A stretch of 64,000 bases of DNA. Source: Acidimicrobiia bacterium. GTDB lineage: Bacteria > Actinomycetota > Acidimicrobiia > IMCC26256 > PALSA-610. The position numbers and the translations under genes were made by a program. Below are positions 1-8,393 of this stretch, in pieces. Where the stretch lies: assembly GCA_038323195.1 (NCBI GenBank), contig JBBQGQ010000005.1:99217-163216 (forward strand), written 5' to 3'. Each line of letters starts with the position of its first letter. The first letter of the stretch is position 1. The notes below the pieces were generated by a model that made no database searches, had not been told where the DNA came from, and was given only the letters and a program-made list of their open reading frames with translations.

Positions 1-571
1 TCGCAATCTGCTCGGGTTCCGCCGCGATCTCCTGACCGCGGCCGCGTACGGCGTCGATCAATTCCTCTTCGTGTACGGCGACCGTCCGAGCCTCGGCGCA
101 CGCACCGGTCAGCTCAACGTGCAGTCGATGATGCGCGAGCTGCGCACGTTTCCGGAGACGCACGATTACATCGGTGAGCGCCCGTTTCGCGCCGGGGTGT
201 CGGCCGGCCCGGGCAAGCTGCCGGTGTGGAAGCGTGAGGCCGACTTCTTGTTCGCGCAGGTGCGCTTCTCGCTGGACGAGCTGCTCGATTGGCGCGCCGG
301 CATCGAGTTCGACGGTCCCGTCTACGCGGGCGTCATGGTCGTCCCGAGCGTGCCGATGGCGCGCAAGATCACTGCCGAGATCCCACAGCTCGCCGTGCCC
401 GACGCGTGGTTGCGCGCGATCGAACGCGATCCTCTGGCCGGAGTGGAGCTGGCCTGCGACCTCGTCGCCGGTATTCGCGCGTCCGGCGCGTTCGACGGCG
501 TGCACCTCATTCCGGTGAGCCGGTATCGCGAGGTCGCCGCGCGGCTCGAGGCGCGACTCGCCTCCGGCTGA
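1..571 (+). CDS. methylenetetrahydrofolate reductase-family protein, C-terminal part (5' end outside window)
   Basis: Frame 2 is open from the window edge to TGA 569-571. Translation (RNLLGFRRDLLTAAAYGVDQFLFVYGDRP...GVHLIPVSRY) resembles the C-terminal half of MetF/MTHFR-like proteins. High GC3. Confidence 0.6.
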   Translation, partial: RNLLGFRRDLLTAAAYGVDQFLFVYGDRPSLGARTGQLNVQSMMRELRTFPETHDYIGERPFRAGVSAGPGKLPVWKREADFLFAQVRFSLDELLDWRAGIEFDGPVYAGVMVVPSVPMARKITAEIPQLAVPDAWLRAIERDPLAGVELACDLVAGIRASGAFDGVHLIPVSRYREVAARLEARLASG

Positions 572-619
572 CGATCCCGAGAATGACGATGTGATATCGG
601 GGCGTGTACCGTCCGCGCC

Positions 620-1855
620 ATGAAAGCCTTGCTGTACGGCGTGAAGCCCGAACCCGTCCCGGAACCGGACACCGAGAACCCCTTGCTGCGCAGCCTCGCG
701 CACACTCCGATGAAGCTCGTCGACATGGACGAGCCGGGATTCTTCCTGCCCGACTGGGTCGTGACGCGCCCCCGCCTCACGGGGATATGCGGGTCGGACT
801 CGAAGCAGGTGTTCATGGACTGGGGCGAGGTGGGGTCGCCCGACAACCCCATGAAGGGGTTCTTCTCGCTGCCGCAGGTGCTCGGTCACGAGGTCGTCGC
901 CGACGTCGTCGCGGTCGGCCCGGAAGCCGAAGGTTTGCAGCCGGGTGATCGCGTCGTGCTGAACCCGTGGCTCTCGTGCGGCCCGCGCGGCGTGTCGCCG
1001 GTGTGCCCGGCGTGCGAAGTTGGCGACTTCAGCCTCTGCTTTTCCTTCGATGTCGGACCGATCCCGCCCGGCATCCACATCGGCACGGCACGCGACGTGA
1101 ACGGTGGGTACGCGCAAGTGATGTCGGCGCACGACTCGCAGCTCTTCAAGGTGCCCGACAACGTCTCCGATGAGCTCGCGGTGTTCGCCGACCCGTTCGC
1201 GGTCTCGTTGCATTCGGTCACCCGCCACCCTCCGACGCCGGGCGGCAAGGTGATGGTGTACGGCGCCGGCGCACTCGGGACCTGCGCGACCGCGATCCTG
1301 CGCGCGTTGTACCCCGACGTCGAAGTGCTCGTCGTCGCGCGCTTCGAGGCGCAGGCCGCGCTGGCTCGAAAGCTCGGCGCGAAGGTGATCGGGCACTCGC
1401 CCGCGTCGCGGGTCATCGAAGAGGCGGCGTCGTGGTCGGGGGGAGTGCTGCGCGCGAGCGACGGCCTGCCGATGGCCTTTCCCGGTTTCATCGACGTCGT
1501 GTACGACACCGTCGGCAAGCAGGAGACCTTCGAGGTCGGAACTCGGGTGCTCAAGGCGCGGGGCACGCTGGTAAAGGCCGGCGTACACGGACCGACGTGG
1601 TGGGAGGACACGCCGCTCTACTTCAAGGAGATCTCCATGGTCGGGTCGAACGCGTTCGGGTTCGAGGAGGTCGAAGGCGTGCGCAAGCACGGCATCCGCC
1701 ACTACCTCGACCTCGTATCGTCGGGCCGGATCGATCTCACGGGGATGCTCACGCACACCTTCGCGCTCGAGACCTGGCGCGACGCCTTCACCGCGCTCGC
1801 CACCCAGGACGACTCCGGCGCGATCAAGGTCGCCTTCGACTACCGGAGTGCGTGA
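620..1855 (+). CDS. zinc-dependent medium-chain alcohol/threonine-type dehydrogenase
   Basis: 411-aa ORF with a GHE motif (LGHEVVADVV), a Cys-rich structural-zinc loop (CGPRGVSPVCPACEVGDFSLC) and a Rossmann GAGALG. Its stop overlaps the next start (ATGA at 1853-1857). Confidence 0.85.
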   Translation: MKALLYGVKPEPVPEPDTENPLLRSLAHTPMKLVDMDEPGFFLPDWVVTRPRLTGICGSDSKQVFMDWGEVGSPDNPMKGFFSLPQVLGHEVVADVVAVGPEAEGLQPGDRVVLNPWLSCGPRGVSPVCPACEVGDFSLCFSFDVGPIPPGIHIGTARDVNGGYAQVMSAHDSQLFKVPDNVSDELAVFADPFAVSLHSVTRHPPTPGGKVMVYGAGALGTCATAILRALYPDVEVLVVARFEAQAALARKLGAKVIGHSPASRVIEEAASWSGGVLRASDGLPMAFPGFIDVVYDTVGKQETFEVGTRVLKARGTLVKAGVHGPTWWEDTPLYFKEISMVGSNAFGFEEVEGVRKHGIRHYLDLVSSGRIDLTGMLTHTFALETWRDAFTALATQDDSGAIKVAFDYRSA

Positions 1856-2649
1856 TGAGCGACGTCGTCCTCGTCGATATCGCGGATCGGGTCGCGGTCA
1901 TCACCTTGAACCGGCCCGATCAGCGGAACGCGCTGAATCGCGACGTCCGGCGCGAGCTGCCGGCGGCGATCACGCATTTCGACCGCGACGACGACGTCGA
2001 CGTGATGATTCTGACCGGCGCCGATCCGGCTTTCTCCGCGGGCGTCGACCTGAAGGAGTTCGGCTCGGGCCAAGTGCAGCAAGGCGAGAGCTTCGGCGCA
2101 GTCGCCGACAGCCGCGACACGTTCCGCGGCGCGCTCCCGCCGCACACCAAGCCGTTGATCGGCGCGGTCAACGGCGTCGCGGTGACCGGCGGATTCGAGG
2201 TTGCGCTGAATTGCGACTTCATCATTGCCTCGGATCGCGCCCGGTTCGCCGACACCCACGCGCGCGTCGGAGTGATGCCGGGTTGGGGTCTCACGGTGCT
2301 GCTCGCGCAGCGCATCGGCGTCGCCCGCGCCAAGCAGATGAGCGTCACCGGCAACTACCTCGACGCGCAGACGGCGTACGAGTGGTCACTGGTGAACGAA
2401 GTGGTTCCGCACGAGGAGTTGCTCCCGCACTGCCGGAGACTCGCGGCCGACATCGTCTCGAACGACCAGCTCGGCGTGCGCCGCATGCTGCGCACGTACG
2501 ACGAGGTGACCGCCACCACGGTCGGCGAGGGCTGGAAGATAGAGGCCCGCGTCAGCCGTGAATGGGAAGGCCCCGGGTTCGACCCCGCGAGCATCGAGTC
2601 CCGACGTATGAAGATCGTCGAACGCGGCCGCCGCCAAATCCAACCCTGA
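1855..2649 (+). CDS. enoyl-CoA hydratase/isomerase (crotonase family)
   Basis: ATG at 1855 inside the 1432..2649 ORF. Protein MSDVVLVDIADRVAVITLNRPDQRNALN...FSAGVDLKEF...GAVNGVAVTGGFEVALNCDFIIA is a typical crotonase fold. The upstream part of the ORF is Arg-rich noise overlapping the ADH gene. Confidence 0.9.
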   Translation: MSDVVLVDIADRVAVITLNRPDQRNALNRDVRRELPAAITHFDRDDDVDVMILTGADPAFSAGVDLKEFGSGQVQQGESFGAVADSRDTFRGALPPHTKPLIGAVNGVAVTGGFEVALNCDFIIASDRARFADTHARVGVMPGWGLTVLLAQRIGVARAKQMSVTGNYLDAQTAYEWSLVNEVVPHEELLPHCRRLAADIVSNDQLGVRRMLRTYDEVTATTVGEGWKIEARVSREWEGPGFDPASIESRRMKIVERGRRQIQP

Positions 2650-2680
2650 CCAGCTGTTGGTGCGGAATTGCGTGGTGTGA

Positions 2681-3658
2681 TCAGGGATCGGTGACGAGCA
2701 CGGGTGCGCGGTCAGTGACTCGGACGATGTCCTGGCGGACGCAGGTGTCGTCGCGATGCTCGATCGCGGCCATGAGCCCGGGAACCAGGACCAAGTCGTC
2801 GGGCCAGGCTTCGACGCCGCGGCCGGCGCCGTGGACTGTTGCTCCCCGCCGCCGGAGCGCGCCCGCCGTCGCGCCCGGAACGCACGCGGCCACGAGCTCG
2901 TCCCAACCTGCCGGCGCGCGTTGTTCGATCGACGGCGACCCGATCAGGTAGGTGCGGGCGAGGGATGCCTCCCAGCCGTCGCGTAGCGCGCCGGCGCGGA
3001 GCACGACCCGCTCGCCTGCAGCGAGCAGGCGCTCGGCTGCCAGCCACGTGGAGGTTCCGGGGTCGAGGGGCGCGGCGACGGCTTCGAATGCCGGGGTCGT
3101 GACGCCCTGCGACGCGAACGCAGCCGCGCACGCGCCGCGCAACGTGCCGGGCCGCACGCCGGGCCGGAGCGCGTCCACGATCGCCGTGAGCCCGGCTCGG
3201 GCAACGAGCGCAGCCCGTTCGACACCGGAGACCTTCTCTGGATCTGCAGTCCGCCACAGCACCGCGAACAGCGGCGCGGCGTCGACGATCTCGGCTCCAG
3301 GCGCCGCCTGTGTGACCAACGCGCCGAGCGCAGGGGTCATACCGTCGACGCCCACGCGCCGAGCGTCGCGCACGCCGTCGATCGCGGTGAGGGACGCGAG
3401 CAGCTTCTCCGGGTTCCACGTGATCCCGAAGAGATGCTCGACCGGAAAGTCGGTCGCGACGACCGCGTCGGTGTTCGAGAGAAGGTGCACGGCGGCGCGG
3501 CGGCGCACGACGACGCATCCGGGAGCGAACGCCCGGGTGCCGGCCAGCCAGAGTCGCGACACCCTGGTGACGGTCCGTGCGTTCGCCTCTCGTCCGAGCA
3601 GCAACACGTCGACCTCATCTCGTTCCATCAGGTCGATACACGCCGCGAGCCGGCTCAC
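2681..3658 (-). CDS. M24 (creatinase/prolidase) fold protein with degenerate metal site
   Basis: C-terminal 325 aa of ORF 2681..4111. A GTG at 3658 forms a GTGA overlap with the upstream stop; an alternative ATG lies at 3628. Aligned by eye with the neighbouring M24 gene, 3 of 5 metal ligands are replaced (D to R in VLRAG, D to S in GWEASLART, E to Q in RQDIVRVT). Confidence 0.75.
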   Translation of the reverse strand: MSRLAACIDLMERDEVDVLLLGREANARTVTRVSRLWLAGTRAFAPGCVVVRRRAAVHLLSNTDAVVATDFPVEHLFGITWNPEKLLASLTAIDGVRDARRVGVDGMTPALGALVTQAAPGAEIVDAAPLFAVLWRTADPEKVSGVERAALVARAGLTAIVDALRPGVRPGTLRGACAAAFASQGVTTPAFEAVAAPLDPGTSTWLAAERLLAAGERVVLRAGALRDGWEASLARTYLIGSPSIEQRAPAGWDELVAACVPGATAGALRRRGATVHGAGRGVEAWPDDLVLVPGLMAAIEHRDDTCVRQDIVRVTDRAPVLVTDP

Positions 3659-4830
3659 GAGGCGGCCCCGCCGTCGAGCTCGGCGCGCGCCGAGAGCCGC
3701 GCGTAGCCGTCTGCGGTCACGGCGACGATCTCCTCCGAGCGATGGCCGGCGCGGCCGTCGTCCCACACGACGGGCTCGAACACGAGAACCATGCCGGGTT
3801 GCAGGGTCAGGCCCGCGTCGAACGCGCGACCGAGATCGGTACCCACGAACGGCATCTCGGCGCTGTCGGTGCCGATTCCGTGGGCCAGGTAGAAATACGA
3901 CAGCCAGGGGCGCTCTCCGTGGTCGAGGCCGGCCGCGTCTGCGACTTCCGCCGCCGTCGCGCCCGGCTTCACCCGCTCGAGCGCGCGGTCGACGATCGCC
4001 CGCCAGCGCGCGAACTGATCGCGTTCGACGTCGTCGGGTTCGCGTCCGATGATCCATGTCGCGCCGAAGTCCGATGCGTAGCCGTGCAAATTGATCCCGG
4101 TGTCGATCCACATGACGTCGCCCGGTCCCAGCTCGTCGGCGCGGGTCGGGATCGGGAAGACCGGCTCACCGGTGACGGTGTACGGACCGGTGGCAACCGA
4201 ACGCGGCATCACCTGGAACACGGGGTCGACGGTGTTGGCGGTCGCGCCGAGCTCGGCGATCGCGCGGAGGAACATGCCCGAGAGGTCGGTCGCGCGCACG
4301 CCCGGCGCCGCGGCCGGCCGGACCGTCCGGATTGCCTCCTCGTTCAGCGCCTGCGCCCGGCGAATGCACTCGAGCTCGTCCGCGGTCTTCGTGAGCTTCG
4401 CCGGCACCATCACCGCGCCCGCGTCGACGACTTCGCGACGGCGCAACGCGTCCCAAAGCGGCATCGACGCGTCGTCGACGGCGACGCGGCTCCCGCCGAT
4501 CCTTCCGGCGAGCTCGCCCGCGCCCGCCGCGGTCTCGACTTCGATCGCCCGATGGAGGAATTCGTCCGGGAGCTCGGCCGGCGCGCCCTCGGGGAAGGCA
4601 GTGAACAGATGCGGCCACGGCGCGCCCCGCTCGAGCACCGCAACCGCGCGCCACAACGATGCGCGTACGTGATCGGCTGCCGGCACGCGGGCCCCCGACG
4701 CATAGGAGACGTTCTGCTGCCCACAGAGGACGAGCGTGTCGACGCCTGCGACACCCATGGCCGCGTCGAGCTTCGCGAGCCGGTCTCGGCGCATGCGCGC
4801 GAGGTCGAGCGCGCAGACGGGTTCGGTCAT
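3655..4830 (-). CDS. M24 family metallopeptidase/amidohydrolase (Xaa-Pro aminopeptidase / creatinase-like)
   Basis: ATG at 4830 (MTEPVCALDL...) inside ORF 3655..5649. All five pita-bread metal ligands are recognisable (WIDTG, YASDFGAT, AHGIG, FEPVVW, RSEEIVAVT). ATGA overlap with the upstream gene. Confidence 0.85.
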   Translation of the reverse strand: MTEPVCALDLARMRRDRLAKLDAAMGVAGVDTLVLCGQQNVSYASGARVPAADHVRASLWRAVAVLERGAPWPHLFTAFPEGAPAELPDEFLHRAIEVETAAGAGELAGRIGGSRVAVDDASMPLWDALRRREVVDAGAVMVPAKLTKTADELECIRRAQALNEEAIRTVRPAAAPGVRATDLSGMFLRAIAELGATANTVDPVFQVMPRSVATGPYTVTGEPVFPIPTRADELGPGDVMWIDTGINLHGYASDFGATWIIGREPDDVERDQFARWRAIVDRALERVKPGATAAEVADAAGLDHGERPWLSYFYLAHGIGTDSAEMPFVGTDLGRAFDAGLTLQPGMVLVFEPVVWDDGRAGHRSEEIVAVTADGYARLSARAELDGGAAS

Positions 4831-5780
4831 GCCTTGCCCGGCCGGCGACGATCGGAGGTCTGGAGGTAGACGGCGACCCGTGAGATGAGGCCGTCGGCGA
4901 CATCGAACACGACGGTCTCGTCGGTGTGCAGCCGATCGTCGCCGTCGTCGACCGTCTCGCTCAGCTCGACGGCGACGCGGTTGCCGTCGGCGATCACGTC
5001 GGCGACGACGAGCACGTAGCCCGAGAGTGCACTGATCGTGTTCCGAAGGAACTCGGCGTACCGCTCCCTCCCGCTGACCGCGTCGCGATACGGGCCGACG
5101 CGCTCGACGTCCGGCGCGAGCGACGCGGCCACCGCGTCCCAGTCGGCCGCGGCGAGCCCATCCAGGTATCGCTGCACGACATCGCGCGCGAATGCCTCGT
5201 CGAGCATCCGGCGCGCACCGGGACCAAGCGGCACCTCGGCAATCCGGGCGATGCCGGCGGCGCTCATCTTGCGCGCGGTCTTGGTGATCACACCCGGAAG
5301 CTTCTCCGGATCGAGGCGGGCCGCGATCTCGACGAGCTGCGTCTCGAGGAACACGAGGCAAAGCGCGTCCTCGAGCACTTGCACGTCGTCGTGCTCGCCG
5401 GCGCGGGCGAGTCCGTCCTTGCGGACGATCGCCTGTACGCGTCGGGTCGTCGCCTCGTCGTAGCCCGCGTCGCCGAGCAGGACGCCGAGCTCGTTCGCGT
5501 GTTGCGCGTGCAGGTCCTTGCGCCAGCGTAGGTAGCCCGCGCGCCCGGCCGGATAGCTCGCGCGCGGCACGGTCCAGCGGCGGAAGTGATGTCCGCGCGC
5601 GGCGAGCAGCAATGCATCGTCGGCATCGGGCTGGAGGCGCAACACCCATTCGGTGACGAGATCGGCGTGGACGATCTCCTTGGGTCCGGTGCGTTCGCCG
5701 ACCGTCACGATCGTCGGATCGGCCCGATTCGCATTGTCGATCGCGGCGAGGGCAGCGCGCAAGCGGGCGGACTGGGCCAT
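4827..5780 (-). CDS. DUF4202-like domain fused to SnoaL/NTF2-like domain, function unknown
   Basis: 317-aa ORF. The N-terminal two thirds (HHFRRWTVPRASYPAGRAGYLRWRKDLHAQHA) match my memory of the DUF4202 family. The C-terminal ~110 aa (VVQRYLDGLAAADWDAVAASL...ISRVAVYLQ) looks NTF2/SnoaL-like. Confidence 0.7.
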   Translation of the reverse strand: MAQSARLRAALAAIDNANRADPTIVTVGERTGPKEIVHADLVTEWVLRLQPDADDALLLAARGHHFRRWTVPRASYPAGRAGYLRWRKDLHAQHANELGVLLGDAGYDEATTRRVQAIVRKDGLARAGEHDDVQVLEDALCLVFLETQLVEIAARLDPEKLPGVITKTARKMSAAGIARIAEVPLGPGARRMLDEAFARDVVQRYLDGLAAADWDAVAASLAPDVERVGPYRDAVSGRERYAEFLRNTISALSGYVLVVADVIADGNRVAVELSETVDDGDDRLHTDETVVFDVADGLISRVAVYLQTSDRRRPGKA

Positions 5781-5789
5781 CAGCCGCAG

Positions 5790-5825
5790 CCTACGCAGCC
5801 ACTAGTGCCTACGCAGCCACTAGTG
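5790..5825. repeat. perfect 18-bp tandem duplication (CCTACGCAGCCACTAGTG x2) spanning a stop codon
   Basis: Copies at 5790-5807 and 5808-5825 are identical. The second copy contains the last codon and TAG stop of the 5820..6554 gene (minus strand). Confidence 0.95.
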
Positions 5826-6554
5826 AAGGTGCGACGCGAACCAGTCGAGGGCCCGCCGCCACGCGTCGGCCGCGTCGTCGGCGCGGTAGTCGGAACGCCG
5901 ATCGCAATGGAACCCGTGACCGGCGTCGGCGTAGCGCACGATATCCGTGTCGACCTTGGCGTCGCGTAGCGCGACGCGGAGCTGTTCGACGTCGTCGACG
6001 GGAATCGATGCGTCCTGGTCGCCGAACAGACCGAGCCACGGCGCCTGCAGTGAGGACGTCTCTTCGACGAGCGGCGGGAACTGTGGGAATCGGCCGGTCA
6101 CGATGCCGCCCCCGTAGAAACCGACGGCCGCGCCGAGGGGCCGGCGCAGGGCGACCAGGAACGACACGCGCCCGCCGAAGCAGAAGCCGACGATGCCGAT
6201 CCGGCTGTCGGCGTGGCCGGCGGCGTGCAGATGGGCGAGGGCGGCGTCGACGTCGGCGAGGACGGCGTCGTCGTTCGCCACGTCCCTGAAGTACTCCATC
6301 ACCTTCTCGAAGTCGCCGTACTCGACGACCGAGCCCGGACCCGAACGGTGGAAGAGGTCGGGCGCGACCGCGTGGTAGCCCGCCGCCGCGGCGCGACGGG
6401 TCACGTCTTCGATGTGGGGATTCACGCCGAAGGCTTCCTGAATGACGACGATCGCGCCCCGGTCGTCACCCGGCGGCCTCGCTTCGTACAACCGCATGGG
6501 ACCGTCGGCCGTCTCGACCGTGACGTCGTTGCCGGAAATATTGGCGTCGCTCAT
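5820..6554 (-). CDS. dienelactone hydrolase family protein (carboxymethylenebutenolidase-like)
   Basis: 244-aa ORF with a nucleophile elbow GFCFGG and a C-terminal HGF motif. Typical DLH length. Confidence 0.85.
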   Translation of the reverse strand: MSDANISGNDVTVETADGPMRLYEARPPGDDRGAIVVIQEAFGVNPHIEDVTRRAAAAGYHAVAPDLFHRSGPGSVVEYGDFEKVMEYFRDVANDDAVLADVDAALAHLHAAGHADSRIGIVGFCFGGRVSFLVALRRPLGAAVGFYGGGIVTGRFPQFPPLVEETSSLQAPWLGLFGDQDASIPVDDVEQLRVALRDAKVDTDIVRYADAGHGFHCDRRSDYRADDAADAWRRALDWFASHLH

Positions 6555-6659
6555 CTCCGGGAACCTAATGGGGTTCGACCGTCTTGCTCGGATGTTCGGG
6601 GGAGAATGGTTCCGAGCCGCCGGCGGGTCAGCACTCGTGGCACCCGAATTGTTGGAGTT

Positions 6660-8040
6660 CTACGTCTAGATCGTGCGCCTATCGGTCGGTGAGGTTGACC
6701 TTGGATGGCTGCTGGGATGACGTGCTTCGAGCACTGAACCATTAGGACGCTGCTGGTCGCCTCGGGCTCAAGGATCCGACGACGAGGAGGTGCTGGTGAG
6801 GAAAGTGTTCGTTGGTCATGACTGGGCTGAAGTCCATCACGATGTGCATGTCGAGGGCGAGACCGGTCAACGTCTCGCCGCAAGGCGATTGCCGGAGGGC
6901 ATCGAAGGGGTGCGCCGGTTCCACGAGCTGGTCGCGACGTATGTGGATGAACCCGCGGATGTGACGGTCGCGACCGAGACCGACCGCGGGCTGTTCGTCG
7001 GCGCGCTGGTCGCGTCGGGTTATCGGGTATTGGCGGTGAACCCGATGTCGACGTCGCGTTATCGGGAACGGCACTCGAGTTCGGGTGCGAAATCTGATCC
7101 GGGTGACGCGAAAGTGTTGGCCGAGCTTGCCCGCCTCGATGGCCACAACCATCGACCGATCGCGGGTGACAGCGATCTCGCGGACGCGGTCAAGGTGCTC
7201 GCCCGTGCACATCACGCGATGATCTGGAGTCGGCAACGTCAAACCAACCAGCTTCGCTCGACCCTGCGCGAATTCTTCCCCGCCGCCCTTGGGGCATTTG
7301 ACGATCTCGCTTCTGGTGACGCACTCGCAGTGCTCGCAATCGCGCCGACACCAACCCAAGGCCGAGCACTGTCGCGATCGAAGATCGCATCCGCATTGCG
7401 GCGCGGGGGACGCCAACGACGTATCGAGGAACGCACGATCGAGATCCAGACCGCGCTGCGGTCTGAGCAACTCGAGGCCCCACCCGTCGTCGCCCAGGCG
7501 ATGGGCGCATCGGTCGCTGCGCTGGTCGCGGTGATCGCCGAGCTCGTCACCCAGACCGGCCGACTCGAAACCGGCCTGGCCGACCGTTTTGAACAGCACC
7601 CGGACGCCAAGATCATCCGTTCCCTGCCAGGACTGGGGATGATCCTCGGCGCCCGGGCGCTCGGCGAGTTCGGGGATGACCCGAACCGCTACCTGAACGC
7701 CAAGTCTCGCAAGAACTACGCCGGCACGTCACCCATCACCAGAGCCTCCGGCAAACAACGCGTCGTGCTCGCCCGCTACGCCCGCAACCGCCACCTCGCC
7801 GACACCTGCCGAATGTGGGCCTTCGCCACCATCACCAACAGCCCCGGAGCCAGAGCCTTCTACGACGAACGCCGCGCCAACGGCGACACCCACAACCGCG
7901 CACTCCGAGCACTCGCGAACCGGCTCGTCGGCATCCTCCACGGCTGCCTAGCCAACAACACCCTCTACGACGAACACATCGCCTGGGGACACAGAATCAC
8001 CCTCGCCGCTTGACACCCACGAACCCTGGGATGTCTAGAC
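6660..8040 (+). mobile_element. IS110-family insertion sequence (boundaries approximate)
   Basis: A single transposase ORF flanked by non-coding sequence, lying between a hydrolase gene and a regulator gene. GTCTAGA occurs at 6664-6670 and 8033-8039, and CTGGGATG at 6711-6718 and 8025-8032. No terminal inverted repeats seen, as is usual for IS110. Confidence 0.6.
6790..8013 (+). CDS. IS110 family transposase
   Basis: 407 aa. N-terminal DEDD-type domain (VFVGHDWAEVHHDV...ATETDRGL...) and C-terminal Transposase_20-type helix-hairpin-helix (IRSLPGLGMILGARALGEFGDDPNRY). Start may be the GTG at 6796. Confidence 0.9.
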   Translation: MLVRKVFVGHDWAEVHHDVHVEGETGQRLAARRLPEGIEGVRRFHELVATYVDEPADVTVATETDRGLFVGALVASGYRVLAVNPMSTSRYRERHSSSGAKSDPGDAKVLAELARLDGHNHRPIAGDSDLADAVKVLARAHHAMIWSRQRQTNQLRSTLREFFPAALGAFDDLASGDALAVLAIAPTPTQGRALSRSKIASALRRGGRQRRIEERTIEIQTALRSEQLEAPPVVAQAMGASVAALVAVIAELVTQTGRLETGLADRFEQHPDAKIIRSLPGLGMILGARALGEFGDDPNRYLNAKSRKNYAGTSPITRASGKQRVVLARYARNRHLADTCRMWAFATITNSPGARAFYDERRANGDTHNRALRALANRLVGILHGCLANNTLYDEHIAWGHRITLAA

Positions 8041-8393
8041 GGTCACCGTCCGCGGCCCGGAATAAGGCATCTGCCCGATGTGCGGACAGGCCTCTTAGGT
8101 CGATCCTCGACCTGTACCAACAGGCAGAGAGGGCGTCATGTTCGACAACCCCGAGATCATGCGACAACTCGTAGACGCTCGACTCGAGCAGCGCCGTCGC
8201 CAAGCGGCGGTCGGTCGGGTCGCGGGCCGGGCCCGGCGCCGGCGCCGGCACCTTCATTGGCTGCGGGTGCCACCCGCGACCTGGTTCGGCCGGCGGCGCG
8301 TGCCCGGTGCTTCGAAGCCCGCAACCGCGTAACGGTGAGCACGCGTCCGAATCCGGCCGCGGCGCGCTCGGAGGCTGGACCAAACTGAACGCC

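Noticed and set aside
3658-5649. N-terminal extensions of the track ORFs 2681..4111, 3655..5649, 24219..27134, 42969..45164, 45355..47511 and 47004..49058 as real coding sequence.
   Set aside because: The extensions overlap the upstream gene in another frame, are extremely Arg-rich, and end at internal ATG/GTG starts. Those starts give full-length family-typical proteins, often with stop/start overlaps to the preceding gene.
8138-8332. The 64-aa ORF MFDNPEIMRQLVDARLEQRRRQAAVGR... downstream of the IS as a gene.
   Set aside because: Only the first ~25 residues look protein-like and the rest is poly-Arg noise. It may be a fragment of something disrupted by the IS, but I cannot support it as a feature.
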